64,000 bases of DNA from an uncultured Christensenellaceae bacterium (GCA_944381365.1 CALWKW010000002.1:257952-321951), one strand, 5' to 3'. Numbered from the stretch's first letter, positions 1-9,628 are shown. Notes: generated from the letters alone by a model not told the origin. Program-made: numbers and translations.

Positions 1-1
1 A

Positions 2-997
2 AAAATGCTCAACTATGAAAAATTTATCATCAAAAACACAAAGATGACAAATTCTTTAAAAGGTTATGGCAATATGTGTTTTAACATACTTTCGCTCTTC
101 GGTCTGAGATTTTTCAGATTTTTGCACAAAACAACTTTCAGAGGTGCGACAAAGGGAGTGCTAAAGTATTTTGAAAGCGTGTGCCCCGACATTATTGTAA
201 GTACTCATTATTATATGACCTATTGCGGACTCGAGTACAAAAAGACTCATCCAGATACGCAAGTCATTACTTACAATCCCGATACGAATGTGCACATGTG
301 GTGGGACAATCGCAAGGGCGGTGTCTTTTTTGTCAACAACTCTCTTGCCTATGAAGAGGCTATCAAAAAACATTTTGACAGAAAAAACCTATATCTTGTA
401 TCTTACACCACAAGACAGTGCATTCTTGACAGCACTTTTGACAAGGAGTTTTATCGCAAAAAGTTTGGTTTGCCCGTTGACAAATTCACCGTCATAATCG
501 CTGACGGAGCTTATGCAAAAGCCAAATCTGATATCGTGACAAGCTATTTGCTCGATACCGACCGTCAGATTTCCATAATTTTTGTCGCAGGCAAAAACAA
601 AAAATTGTACGATAAATACACCGCCTTAAAAGATAATCTGCCAAAAAACATTACCCTCACGGTTTTGCCTTTTATGCAGAATATTCACGAATACTATTCG
701 GCAAGCGATGTGTTTGTCTGCAAAGGCGGACCAAACGCCGTCCTCGACAGCGTTTATATGCACACTCCTGTAATAATCGACTATTATGCCCACCCGATAG
801 AGAAGGCTACTATAAATTATTTTGTAGACAAATTGGGTTGCGGCGAGGCTATCTTCAATCCTCTTAAAATCAAAACTACGATTGAAAGCTGGATTGACAA
901 CCCGTCTCTTATCGACAAGTACACTATCAATACTTTTAAGATAGACAAGACGGACAACGGTGCCGACAAAATCGCATCGTTTATAATGAATTGTTAG
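2..997 (+). CDS. Glycosyltransferase, MGDG/diglucosyl-diacylglycerol-synthase-like (GT28-type). The 5' end is probably cut by the window edge.
   Basis: ORF 5..997, with the frame open back to base 2. The C-terminal half has a GT-B pattern ('VFVCKGGPNAVLDS...HPIEKATINYF...GCGE') typical of MGDG-synthase/UgtP-like enzymes. The usual N-terminal ~50 aa are absent. Confidence 0.55.
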   Translation, partial: KMLNYEKFIIKNTKMTNSLKGYGNMCFNILSLFGLRFFRFLHKTTFRGATKGVLKYFESVCPDIIVSTHYYMTYCGLEYKKTHPDTQVITYNPDTNVHMWWDNRKGGVFFVNNSLAYEEAIKKHFDRKNLYLVSYTTRQCILDSTFDKEFYRKKFGLPVDKFTVIIADGAYAKAKSDIVTSYLLDTDRQISIIFVAGKNKKLYDKYTALKDNLPKNITLTVLPFMQNIHEYYSASDVFVCKGGPNAVLDSVYMHTPVIIDYYAHPIEKATINYFVDKLGCGEAIFNPLKIKTTIESWIDNPSLIDKYTINTFKIDKTDNGADKIASFIMNC

Positions 998-1005
998 GTG
1001 TTAGT

Positions 1006-2055
1006 ATGGAAAAGGAAAAGAAAATGACAAGAAAAGATTACGACCAGCTACATGCAAACTATGCTCGTATGGAAGCTTTTGACCACTGGTCTCACCCTTT
1101 TGATGACAAAAACGCAATTACCGTAGACAAAAATTATGTTTTCCAGCCTGATACAGTAGGTTTCAAAATAGGAAAATTCTTTATCAAGGGTGCTTTGCGT
1201 ACTATGTTGCCTCTTGCAAACAAAATTCTCTTTGATCTCAAAATCGAAGGAAAAGACAATCTCAAGAAGGTTGACAACTGCATCAGAGTTTCCAATCATG
1301 TATTGCTCCTCGATACCATGATAAACTTTCAGGTAGCTTTCGGTCACAGACACTTTATGACCGGTGCTTACTTCAATATCAAAAAAGGTTTGAGCGGAAA
1401 AATTTTCCGTTGCGGCGGTTTTTTGCCTCTTGCAAACTCTATCAAGGGCATGAGCAATCTTGACAAGACAATAAGCGATATCTACAAAAAAGGCAATTCA
1501 ATCGTCACTTTTTATGCCGAGCAAGCAATGTGGGAAAACTACGAAAATTCTCGTCCCCTCAAAAAAGGTGCTTTCCACTATGCTGTCAAAAACAATGTTC
1601 CTATCGTCATGACGGTTATACTTTTCAGAGATCCTAATTGGCTGAGAAGAAAACTCGGCGTCAAAAAGGATGTCACGGTAAAAATCTGCCCCGCTATTTA
1701 CCCCAAACAAGGTATCAGCGACAAGGAAAATGTAGAATATCTCCAAAAAGCTACTCAAGAGGTCTATGACCGTACTATCTGCGAATTCTACGGCTATGAC
1801 TATGACCAATACGATATGAGATTGACTCCTTTGGAAAACAAACTCGTGGCTCAAGGACTTATCAACAAGACAGAAGCTCTCTCGAGAAAACCCAATGACA
1901 ACGAATTGAGACAAAAGGTTTTGCTTGAGATGACAAAAAACAATATGGCTCCTCAAAAGCCTGAGTATGAACAAGAGATTTCTCAAGAAGATCTCGAAGC
2001 ATATTATGATTTAGACTTATACGACGAGGAAATGATGACAAAACATACCGTTTAG
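1006..2055 (+). CDS. 1-acyl-sn-glycerol-3-phosphate/lysophospholipid acyltransferase-like protein (PlsC family)
   Basis: HX4D acyltransferase motif 'SNHVLLLD' and 'FYAEQAMWEN' block. ATG at 1006 is preferred over the TTG at 991. Follows the lipid glycosyltransferase gene. Confidence 0.6.
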   Translation: MEKEKKMTRKDYDQLHANYARMEAFDHWSHPFDDKNAITVDKNYVFQPDTVGFKIGKFFIKGALRTMLPLANKILFDLKIEGKDNLKKVDNCIRVSNHVLLLDTMINFQVAFGHRHFMTGAYFNIKKGLSGKIFRCGGFLPLANSIKGMSNLDKTISDIYKKGNSIVTFYAEQAMWENYENSRPLKKGAFHYAVKNNVPIVMTVILFRDPNWLRRKLGVKKDVTVKICPAIYPKQGISDKENVEYLQKATQEVYDRTICEFYGYDYDQYDMRLTPLENKLVAQGLINKTEALSRKPNDNELRQKVLLEMTKNNMAPQKPEYEQEISQEDLEAYYDLDLYDEEMMTKHTV

Positions 2056-2107
2056 TCACTTTTCTCAAAACATAATTTTTTCACTTCCACATTATTGGTT
2101 TTTTACC

Positions 2108-2142
2108 GAACAAAGGTCGCCTCAAAAAGGCGACCTTTGTTC
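2108..2142. terminator. Bidirectional rho-independent terminator hairpin
   Basis: Perfect 14-bp stem GAACAAAGGTCGCC / GGCGACCTTTGTTC with a 7-nt loop, between convergent genes. Confidence 0.8.
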
Positions 2143-2203
2143 TTATCTTCTTATCAATATTTTCAATTCAATTTATTTTTATCTTTCATCAAATACAATC
2201 ACT

Positions 2204-3664
2204 TTATTTTTCTCTGTATGAAGTAAGCTCTTTGATATATTCTCTCAGCTCTTTTGTGTTGTATTTGTCTTTCATTCTCCATGTCCAATTCTCGCCCATG
2301 GTAGAAGGTGCGTTTATTCTTCCCTCTTCTTTGAGTCCGAGATAATCTGCCATACCTATAATTACCCTGTCGCCCGATGTCGACATAGCTGTTCTTATCA
2401 TACAATGCGTGAGATCTTCTCCTTTAAAAGGCTTGCACACTTTTTTGAAAAATGCCATTTCCTCTTCGCTTATTTCTTCAAGCCACTGAGGTGTGGTCAT
2501 ATTGTCGTGCGTACCCGCATATACGATACAGTTTCCGTCCTTAATATTTTTGGGAAGATATGAGCTGTTTTTATCGCCAAAGGCAAATTGCAAAACTTTC
2601 ATTCCGGGATATCCCGTCTTTTTCAACAAAGCTCTCACTTTATTTGTTATAATTCCCAAATCTTCGGCTATTATTTTGGCATTGGGGATTGCTTCATCGA
2701 GTTTTTTAAAAAACGCCATTCCCACGCCTTTGCACCACTTGCCTTCTTTTGCGGTCTTTGCATCTCCGTCTACTACATAATAACTTTCAAATGCTCTGAA
2801 ATGGTCTATCCTTATGATGTCATACAATTTGTATGCACACTCCAGTCTTTTCATCCACCACGAAAAGCTCTGCTTTTTCATCTTGTCCCAATTATATATA
2901 GGATTTCCCCAAAGCTGACCTTCCTCAGAAAACAAATCGGGAGGCACGCCTGCCACCAAGTAAGGTTTGAGTTCGCTATCCAAAAGATAGTTTTCGGGTT
3001 TTGCCCACACATCTACACTGTCGTATGCCACATATATAGGCATATCTCCGATAATCTCTATACCCTTTTTGTTGGCATATCTTTTTAATTTTGCGAATTG
3101 TTTATAGAATTCATATTGCACAAAGCACCAAAACTCAATGCTGCCCAGATATTCTCTTCTCAATTTTGAGATGTCTTTTCTGTATTTTTCCTCTTCTTTC
3201 CACTCACTCCAAGGCATATTGCTTCTGTATTCTTTTATTGACATAAACAAAGCATAGTCGTCAAGCCAATAGGAGTTTTCTGCCTTGAATTTTTTGTATT
3301 TGATATTGTTGATATCAAATTTTTCAAAAGCTTTTCTCAACAAAAAATGTCTGCTTTCAAACAGATATCCGTAATCTATTCTTTCATCTTTTCTCTCAAA
3401 TCCTTTTGCGTATTCTTTGTCGAGAATTTTTTCTTCGATAAGCATATCTATATCTACAAAATAAGGATTGCCCGCAAACGCAGAAGGCGATTGATAAGGA
3501 GAATCTCCGTAAATAGTCGGATTAAGAGGCAAAACCTGCCAATATTTTTGTCTGCATTCTTTCAAAAAATCTACAAACTTATATGCACTTTTGCCAAAGC
3601 TTCCAATTCCGTATTTGTTTGGCAAAGAAAATATAGGCAATAATATTCCTGCTTCTTTTGTCAT
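2204..3664 (-). CDS. malQ: 4-alpha-glucanotransferase (amylomaltase)
   Basis: 486 aa. N-terminus 'GILLPIFSLPNKYGIGSFGK', plus 'RIDHFRAF' and 'WGNPIYNW' blocks characteristic of GH77 MalQ. Confidence 0.9.
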   Translation of the reverse strand: MTKEAGILLPIFSLPNKYGIGSFGKSAYKFVDFLKECRQKYWQVLPLNPTIYGDSPYQSPSAFAGNPYFVDIDMLIEEKILDKEYAKGFERKDERIDYGYLFESRHFLLRKAFEKFDINNIKYKKFKAENSYWLDDYALFMSIKEYRSNMPWSEWKEEEKYRKDISKLRREYLGSIEFWCFVQYEFYKQFAKLKRYANKKGIEIIGDMPIYVAYDSVDVWAKPENYLLDSELKPYLVAGVPPDLFSEEGQLWGNPIYNWDKMKKQSFSWWMKRLECAYKLYDIIRIDHFRAFESYYVVDGDAKTAKEGKWCKGVGMAFFKKLDEAIPNAKIIAEDLGIITNKVRALLKKTGYPGMKVLQFAFGDKNSSYLPKNIKDGNCIVYAGTHDNMTTPQWLEEISEEEMAFFKKVCKPFKGEDLTHCMIRTAMSTSGDRVIIGMADYLGLKEEGRINAPSTMGENWTWRMKDKYNTKELREYIKELTSYREK

Positions 3665-3690
3665 CTTCCACCTTCAAGTTATCGATTTTA

Positions 3691-4464
3691 TCAATTTGTC
3701 TTAACCGATTTGATTATACCATCCAAAAAACTTATTATTTCACTTGTTATCTCAAGCTGAATTTCCTTTTTATCTCTCGTGTTTTCTCCATCGACATTTG
3801 ACATAAGATTGCTCTCGCCATAGCACATGTGATTTGCTCCTTCAAGCAAGACATATTGACACTTATCATTCATGCGAGACTTCACTTCGTTCTTTTGCTC
3901 GCTGCTTAGAATTTTGTCATTCTCTGCTTCAAAAAACAATACGGGCAGAGTGCTGTCTTTTAGACTTGAACTATTTGATATCATAGGCGATAATAATACG
4001 CAAGCTTTAACGATTTCCATATTCTCCTCTGCTCTTCTTATTGCCGCACCGCCGCCCTGTGAATGTCCGCCGATAATATAGTTTTTGCAATCAAACATAA
4101 AAAAAGCCTTTTCTTCTTTTTTATATCCCAGATCAGCTATCTTGTTGTCGGGCACTACTACACTTATTCCGTGCGATGCCACCTTGGTCAAAATTTCGTC
4201 ATAGTTGTTGACGCTCATTGCTGTTCCCAAATAAAAAATAAATACCCACTCTGTATTCACCTGCGGTTGGTATACTTTGTATCCGTCAGCGATAAAAGTC
4301 TTTACTTCGTATTGGTTTGAAGATATTCCGCTATCATAAGATGCGTCATTAGCATACTGATTGTTGTAAATTTTGTTGTCTTCTTTTGTACAACCTGCAA
4401 ATATGCTTGCCAAAATTATTGTTGCTAAAACCGTTATTAAAAAAATTTTATATATCTTTTTCAT
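3691..4464 (-). CDS. Lipoprotein, alpha/beta-hydrolase fold (dienelactone-hydrolase/chlorophyllase-like)
   Basis: Start moved to MKKIYKIF (ATG 4464). Lipobox 'IFAGC'. Nucleophile elbow 'GGHSQGG'. Confidence 0.55.
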   Translation of the reverse strand: MKKIYKIFLITVLATIILASIFAGCTKEDNKIYNNQYANDASYDSGISSNQYEVKTFIADGYKVYQPQVNTEWVFIFYLGTAMSVNNYDEILTKVASHGISVVVPDNKIADLGYKKEEKAFFMFDCKNYIIGGHSQGGGAAIRRAEENMEIVKACVLLSPMISNSSSLKDSTLPVLFFEAENDKILSSEQKNEVKSRMNDKCQYVLLEGANHMCYGESNLMSNVDGENTRDKKEIQLEITSEIISFLDGIIKSVKTN

Positions 4465-4569
4465 AGGATAATTATATCTCATTTCTTTTTGACTTGCAAT
4501 AGCATACAAAGATTTATTGCCTAAAGATTGGTTTTGTGATATACTTTGCTTGTTTTAAAGGAGCGTATT

Positions 4570-5739
4570 ATGCCTTATAGTGTTTATCTTAAAAAGAATG
4601 AAGAAAAAAGAATTGTCGCCGGTCATCCTTGGGTATTTGCCAATGAAGTAGCAAAAATCGAAGGAAAGGACAAAAACGGTGCTCTCGCCACCGTCTATGA
4701 TTACAACGGAAGATATATAGGAAAAGGATATATCAATCATTTATCAAAGATTCTTGTAAGAATATTCATAAGAGACAACTCTGTTCCTGATTTTGAATAT
4801 TTTAAAAACGCTATTTCAAAAGCCAATGAATATAGAAAAAACTTGGGATTTGACAACTGCTATCGTGTAGTGTTTGGCGAAAGCGACAATCTACCTGCCT
4901 TGATAATCGACAAATACGCAGATATATTGTGCGTACAATTTTTGTCATTGGGCATGGACAAAAACAAAGATATCATAGTCCGTGCTTTAGTAGAAATTTT
5001 CAATCCCAAAGGCATTTATGAGCGTAGCGATGTCGCTGTGAGAGAAAAAGAAGGCTTGCCTCTTGTCAAAGGAAAATTATATGGAGATTTCGATACAAAA
5101 GTCATTATCGAAGAAAACGGGCTTAAAATGCTTGTCGATATAGAAAACGGACAAAAGACAGGATATTTTCTTGACCAGAAAGAAAATAGATTTGCTTTAA
5201 GACGATATGCAAACAAAGGCGAAGTATTGGATTGCTTTTGCAATTCAGGCGGCTTTTCTCTCAATTCTGCCGTGGCAGGAGCAGAAAAAGTCACGGCTTT
5301 GGATATATCTCGTCTTGCCCTTGACAATGTCGAAGAGAATGCAAGACTCAACAATTTGACCAATATTTCCACTCTTCAAGGCGATGTATTCGAAGTATTG
5401 AGAGATTTTAAAAGACAAGGCAAAACTTTTGACACAATCGTGCTTGATCCCCCTGCTTTTTGCAAAAGCGTGAGCGAAGTCAAAAATGCTTATAAGGGCT
5501 ATAAAGACATAAATATCCTTGCCATGAAGCTTGTGAAAGAAGGCGGATTTCTCATTTCTTCATCTTGCTCTCACTATATGACTTTTCCTCTTTTTATGAA
5601 TATGCTCACAGATGCAGCCCATGAAAGCGGCAAAAAAGTGAGAATTGTAGAAATGCGTACTCAATCAAGCGACCATCCTTCTATGCTATCTACTGAAGAA
5701 AGTCTTTATCTCAAATTACTTGTTTTGCAAGTATTCTGA
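4570..5739 (+). CDS. Class I SAM-dependent rRNA methyltransferase, RlmI/YwbD-like (PUA domain plus MTase)
   Basis: Start at ATG 4570 after AAAGGAG. N-terminus 'YLKKNEEKRIVAGHPWVFANEV' (PUA-like). 'VLDCFCNSGGFS' SAM motif and 'DTIVLDPPAF' motif IV. Confidence 0.8.
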   Translation: MPYSVYLKKNEEKRIVAGHPWVFANEVAKIEGKDKNGALATVYDYNGRYIGKGYINHLSKILVRIFIRDNSVPDFEYFKNAISKANEYRKNLGFDNCYRVVFGESDNLPALIIDKYADILCVQFLSLGMDKNKDIIVRALVEIFNPKGIYERSDVAVREKEGLPLVKGKLYGDFDTKVIIEENGLKMLVDIENGQKTGYFLDQKENRFALRRYANKGEVLDCFCNSGGFSLNSAVAGAEKVTALDISRLALDNVEENARLNNLTNISTLQGDVFEVLRDFKRQGKTFDTIVLDPPAFCKSVSEVKNAYKGYKDINILAMKLVKEGGFLISSSCSHYMTFPLFMNMLTDAAHESGKKVRIVEMRTQSSDHPSMLSTEESLYLKLLVLQVF

Positions 5740-5794
5740 TAAATATATACTTTTTTATTTTTAAGAAAATTGCTTTTAAATTATTATTGCAAAC

Positions 5795-5828
5795 AAAAAA
5801 ACGCACCTAAAAAAGGTGCGTTTTAATT
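5795..5828. terminator. Bidirectional terminator hairpin
   Basis: ACGCACC-TAAAAAA-GGTGCGT flanked by A-runs and T-runs, between convergent genes. Confidence 0.7.
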
Positions 5829-5838
5829 TTTAAAAAGA

Positions 5839-6477
5839 TTATTCCTCTTCTTCTTGTACTATCTCTGCATTAACAGCTGCCTTAGCGATAGCTTGCATAC
5901 CGTTCTTGCATGCGGGCTTTGACAAATATCCATCGTTTGTGATACATACAATATTGCCGTTTGAAGCTTTGAGTCTGAATCTGTATTCGCCCTTTGCATC
6001 GAGATATACTTCCCACTTAGGACACTTCTGTTCTACTACTTTCTTCAATGTCTGATCTTCTACAGGTGCGTCTGCTGCATTTTTGATTATGCTTTGGATG
6101 CCTGTCTTCATGGATGCCAAAGATGAGTAGGGTTCTCCGCCGATTGCGATTACTCTGTGGTTGGAAGAATAAAGCTTATATACATAATTGCCTTTATCTG
6201 TCTTTCTGTATACAAATCTTGCTTTCTTTGCATTGTCAGCTGCAGCTTTGGGCTCAGCTTTTTTAGGAGCTGTTTTCTTTTCTGCCGAAGCCTCAACAAC
6301 TTCCTTTTCGGGAGCCGTTTCAGCTTTTGCAGGAGTAGCCTTGGGTTGTTCTGCTACAGGAGCCTTTTCCTCAACTACAGGTGCCTTTTCTTCCTTGCTC
6401 TCTGCTTGTACCTTAACTTCTTTTTGCTCTACCGCATTTGTTTGTTGTTGCTTCTTTTTCTTTCTAAAAAAACACAT
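5839..6477 (-). CDS. YegP/DUF1508 double-domain protein with a Lys/Ala/Glu/Pro-rich N-terminal region
   Basis: Two YegP-like repeats ('KGNYVYKLYSSNHRVIAIGGEPYSSLASMKTGIQSI' and 'KGEYRFRLKASNGNIVCITNDGYLSKPACKNGMQAI'). Start at MCFFRKKKK (ATG 6477) after AAGGAG. Confidence 0.75.
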   Translation of the reverse strand: MCFFRKKKKQQQTNAVEQKEVKVQAESKEEKAPVVEEKAPVAEQPKATPAKAETAPEKEVVEASAEKKTAPKKAEPKAAADNAKKARFVYRKTDKGNYVYKLYSSNHRVIAIGGEPYSSLASMKTGIQSIIKNAADAPVEDQTLKKVVEQKCPKWEVYLDAKGEYRFRLKASNGNIVCITNDGYLSKPACKNGMQAIAKAAVNAEIVQEEEE

Positions 6478-6815
6478 ATCAATTACTCCTTGTTTGTAAT
6501 CTAAATATAGTTTAGCATAAAATAAACTTAAATTCAATGAAAAACGACAACTTTTTTATTCTTTTTTACAAAAGTAAAAAATTTGCTATTTTTTAGCTGT
6601 CTGACAAAAATATACTTTTGTGCCCACAAAATTACATTTCTTTTCAAAAGCCTTTTGAGATATAAATTAAAAAAACTATAAATATTAAAAAATATTTTGA
6701 CAAGACACAAAAAGTATGATATTATACATATTGCAACAAGCAAATAGTATATCACTATCCTATCACTTAATTTCATTGATAAGATGCTGAAATACACAAT
6801 TTTACACTTCAGTCT

Positions 6816-6906
6816 GGAGAAATACCCAAGAGGCCGAAGGGGCTCCCCTGCTAAGGGAGTAGTACGGGAAACCGTAGCGAGGGTTCAAATCCCTCTTTCT
6901 CCGCCA
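6816..6906 (+). tRNA. tRNA-Ser: tRNA-Ser, anticodon GCU, with encoded CCA
   Basis: Hand-folded cloverleaf. Acceptor GGAGAAA/TTTCTCC, anticodon stem CTCCC/GGGAG with loop CTGCTAA, 19-nt long variable arm, T-arm GAGGG-TTCAAAT-CCCTC, discriminator G plus CCA. Confidence 0.95.
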
Positions 6907-7047
6907 AACAGAGTTGCGTTTGAACCCGCGGCTCTGTTATTTTTGTATTAAGGGGGTTGCCGGCATCATAATCGATACCGAAGTTTATGTTCCTCAATTG
7001 TCAGACTTCTACTTGACGCAGAAAAGAGATGAACACGGCAACTATAC

Positions 7048-7075
7048 AAAATAGACGGCACAAACCGTCTATTTT
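7048..7075 (-). terminator. Terminator hairpin downstream of the HEPN-like gene
   Basis: AAAATAGACGG-CACAAA-CCGTCTATTTT immediately after the stop of 7080..7844 (minus strand). Confidence 0.65.
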
Positions 7076-7079
7076 ATGT

Positions 7080-7844
7080 TTATCCTACAACAAAATTATC
7101 AATAATTTTCTGTAAATTTTGTTTTAGTCTTAAAAGAGCCTCTAAACAATTTTTAATTTTATTATAAAGTTCATTGTTTTGAATTGCATGAGTAAAATTT
7201 ATTGTCAAATATTGTCCGTGATTTATTTCCATCCTATCGGTATAATTATCCAAACACGATTCGTTATGTATTTCGTCATTTCTAACCTTATTGATAAAAC
7301 GTACGGAACTATTTATCTTGTATCTTTCAGCCTCATCATAAAATTCCTTAACATGGTTGTTACTTCGAGCGCATTCTTTAAGCGCATTCATAAAATCGCT
7401 ATTTCTTTCAGTTTTTTTCGGATCTAAATTCAGAATACTTCTTACTAAACTTTTTACTTTTTCCACATACATAAAAATTTCACAGCATACGCATCTGGCC
7501 TCATATCTCTGCCACACATTTAACAGCAATTTATTTATTTCTTCGTCACTCTCACTCCATAGCTTACAATAATGAATATAACTATATAATGAGTTTCTCA
7601 AATAGAAGATCGAGTTGTTGAATTTCCTTACTTTTTCTCTTAAATCTTTATTTATCAAATCACAGCTATCTTCACATTCTATATCAGAAACAGAAATTAG
7701 TTCAGTCAATCCATTCTTGGCGCAAAATTTTTTTGTGTCAATAAACAGTGAGTTTACATCAAAATAATTGACCTTAGTTTCTTGCCTATCCTCATTACTT
7801 GGCAAAGATTGTGCCGAAAACATATCATTTTGCATCATTATCAC
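7080..7844 (-). CDS. Hypothetical protein with a C-terminal HEPN-like Rx4H motif (candidate abortive-infection RNase)
   Basis: 254 aa, very low GC. 'FINKVRNDEIHNES' fits the HEPN R-x4-H signature in a predicted all-helical context. Single gene at the element edge. Confidence 0.4.
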   Translation of the reverse strand: MIMMQNDMFSAQSLPSNEDRQETKVNYFDVNSLFIDTKKFCAKNGLTELISVSDIECEDSCDLINKDLREKVRKFNNSIFYLRNSLYSYIHYCKLWSESDEEINKLLLNVWQRYEARCVCCEIFMYVEKVKSLVRSILNLDPKKTERNSDFMNALKECARSNNHVKEFYDEAERYKINSSVRFINKVRNDEIHNESCLDNYTDRMEINHGQYLTINFTHAIQNNELYNKIKNCLEALLRLKQNLQKIIDNFVVG

Positions 7845-7938
7845 CTATAAAAAATATTAACATTAAAATTTTCTCCTGAATTCAATTCAAAATTTTTATA
7901 AATAGTATATCATAATTATTGTAAAACTCAAATCAACG

Positions 7939-8217
7939 CTCCAAATTTTGCCGTTTCGTTGCGGCTATCGTAGCACAGATTTCGCAGAAGTCAATGCGAA
8001 AAAATATCGCTTAAAAATCAAATATCTCTTAATTTAAAAGCCGGGAAGAAATTTCTTCTCGGCTTTTTCTTTTGCTTTGAAAATCTAACAACTCCAACTC
8101 AATATTTTTTCGTGGCCGTTTGACTTCTGGTTTCTTTACTTCCAATAAACAGACCTATGCTCAATCGGTGCTGCTCAGCTACTGCCGAAAGGCAAAATAA
8201 ATTTGGAGGTAAATCCT
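7939..8217 (+). repeat. Conserved non-coding leader, copy A (homologous to 33913..34189)
   Basis: The 78-nt block 7939-8016 differs at only 5 positions from 33913-33990. A conserved hairpin with T-run lies at 8040-8068 (GCCGGGAAGAA-ATTT-CTTCTCGGC-TTTTT). A conserved block lies before the RBS. Confidence 0.8.
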
Positions 8218-8481
8218 ATGGAAAACAAAGTTTCCCAAATTCCTGAATTCAAGAGATATTATCTCTCAGAATTCGAACTCTATGACGGTGAAGAATTCAT
8301 CACCTTCAACATCGTAGGAATCGATGCTGCCAAGAATGAAATCCGGATAGCCGTTACCAACAGAGGCAAAATAAGCGTTATCACTTACGACCTTCTGACG
8401 GATAAAAACGGCAGACTGTATTTCGAGTACGGCGCCATGTTTGAACACGTCCATCTGGACGACTTCGAGGAGGTGGCGTAA
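8218..8481 (+). CDS. Small conserved hypothetical protein (module A gene 1; paralog of 34190..34453)
   Basis: ATG 8218 sits 8 nt after GGAGG. 87 aa, about 70% identical by eye to the module B copy. Confidence 0.7.
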   Translation: MENKVSQIPEFKRYYLSEFELYDGEEFITFNIVGIDAAKNEIRIAVTNRGKISVITYDLLTDKNGRLYFEYGAMFEHVHLDDFEEVA

Positions 8482-8894
8482 TGAAGCTTACTCTTGCAAA
8501 CATCAAAGAACTGAAACGTAACTCAAGCAGTCCGCTTATTAAGCGGGTTTGCAACTACGTTATAGGCGAATGGAGCGACTATTCCGATAAGAAAAGCATC
8601 TTTACCGACGTGCTTTATCACGGCTGTCAATCCGGTATTGTCGGAGAACTTATCTACTACACAGACACCGTGCGCTTCTACAAACAGTACAAGGAAGAAA
8701 TCAACAGCCTTCTGTACGACGCAATGGACGGTACAGGACTTTACGCTCCTTCCGAGCTATTCGGCGACAAGTGGGACAAAGAAGATCCGCTGGCGCAGTA
8801 CGACTACAATCAAAACCTTCTGGCGTGGTTCGGTTTCGAAGAGACGCTTAGGAACATCGCTTACAAATTTGAATCATTAGAAAACTACATTTAA
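8481..8894 (+). CDS. Conserved hypothetical protein (module A gene 2; paralog of 34453..34866)
   Basis: 137 aa. TAATG overlap with the upstream gene. High by-eye identity to the module B copy ('GELIYYTDTVRFYKQYKEEINSLLYD', 'SELFGDKWDKEDPLAQ'). Confidence 0.7.
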   Translation: MKLTLANIKELKRNSSSPLIKRVCNYVIGEWSDYSDKKSIFTDVLYHGCQSGIVGELIYYTDTVRFYKQYKEEINSLLYDAMDGTGLYAPSELFGDKWDKEDPLAQYDYNQNLLAWFGFEETLRNIAYKFESLENYI

Positions 8895-8906
8895 GGAGAA
8901 AAGACT

Positions 8907-9317
8907 ATGAAAACGACAATTACCAAAAAAGAAAAAGCAATCGAAATCATGAAGAAAATGGATATCTACAAGCCTTATATAAACGGATTTGAGCAGAAAG
9001 ATAAAGTATGCTTCTTTGAACAATTCGGCGGCTTCTGGATCGACCAAGAGCCTGAACTTTACGAAAAGATGAAAGCCCTCGAAGAAAAGCACAAGTGCAA
9101 GGTTTACGCCGTTACGCACGAATACACGGAATTCGGAGAACTTTACGACTTCCTTATCGTAACCGACTATCCCGAAGAATGGGATACCCTCGTATACAGT
9201 CAGGGCAACCGTCATACGGCTTTTGCTTACGTCTGGAACAAAGACGACGACTGGTGTTCGGAATTCGGCAGCGTTACCGTACAAAGCTTCGGGGGCGGTA
9301 TCAGAAGAATTGCGTAA
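8907..9317 (+). CDS. Conserved hypothetical protein (module A gene 3; paralog of 34880..35290)
   Basis: 136 aa. Starts 'MKTTITKK.KAIE.MKK.DIYKPYI.GFE.KDKVCFFEQFGGFWI.QEPELY' in both copies. Confidence 0.7.
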   Translation: MKTTITKKEKAIEIMKKMDIYKPYINGFEQKDKVCFFEQFGGFWIDQEPELYEKMKALEEKHKCKVYAVTHEYTEFGELYDFLIVTDYPEEWDTLVYSQGNRHTAFAYVWNKDDDWCSEFGSVTVQSFGGGIRRIA

Positions 9318-9325
9318 GGTGAAAT

Positions 9326-9628
9326 ATGAAAATTTACTTAGTAGTATTTGAATGGTCTACCGAAGATGACTCGGACGTAGATATTGAAGCTTTTTACACC
9401 TATGAAAAAGCTGCTCTAAGGTTTCAAGAACGCATAAACGAGGAAAAGACGGATATGTCTTGGGTGCATGAAGCTTTCGATGAAAACGGCGATATTCTTG
9501 ACGGATATGATTTCGATGAATGCCAGCCCGATACGCGTTTAGAAACTTATGCATATTGGAACATCACGAACAAATATAACTGGCAGATGCACGATTACAT
9601 CGCCATCATACAGTTGGAGGTGAAATAA
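9326..9628 (+). CDS. Small acidic hypothetical protein (present only in module A)
   Basis: 100 aa, rich in D/E ('EWSTEDDSDVDIEAFY', 'DENGDILDGYDFDECQPD'). Tightly packed in the operon. No counterpart in module B. Confidence 0.55.
   Translation: MKIYLVVFEWSTEDDSDVDIEAFYTYEKAALRFQERINEEKTDMSWVHEAFDENGDILDGYDFDECQPDTRLETYAYWNITNKYNWQMHDYIAIIQLEVK

Noticed and set aside
6534-6797. An 87-aa minus-strand ORF just upstream of the tRNA.
   Set aside because: The region is extremely AT-rich and promoter-like for the tRNA and for yegP. The product is a low-complexity I/F/K/L-rich sequence with no RBS.
6913-6925. The 13-nt inverted match with 32433-32445, and the 11-nt match 6974-6984 / 32517-32527, considered as terminal inverted repeats or att half-sites.
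   Set aside because: I do not call these att sites or TIRs. The two pairs are not colinear in an inverted arrangement. The left 13-mer is part of the tRNA terminator hairpin, and the right one lies inside the recombinase coding sequence. They are kept only as a caveat in the element finding.
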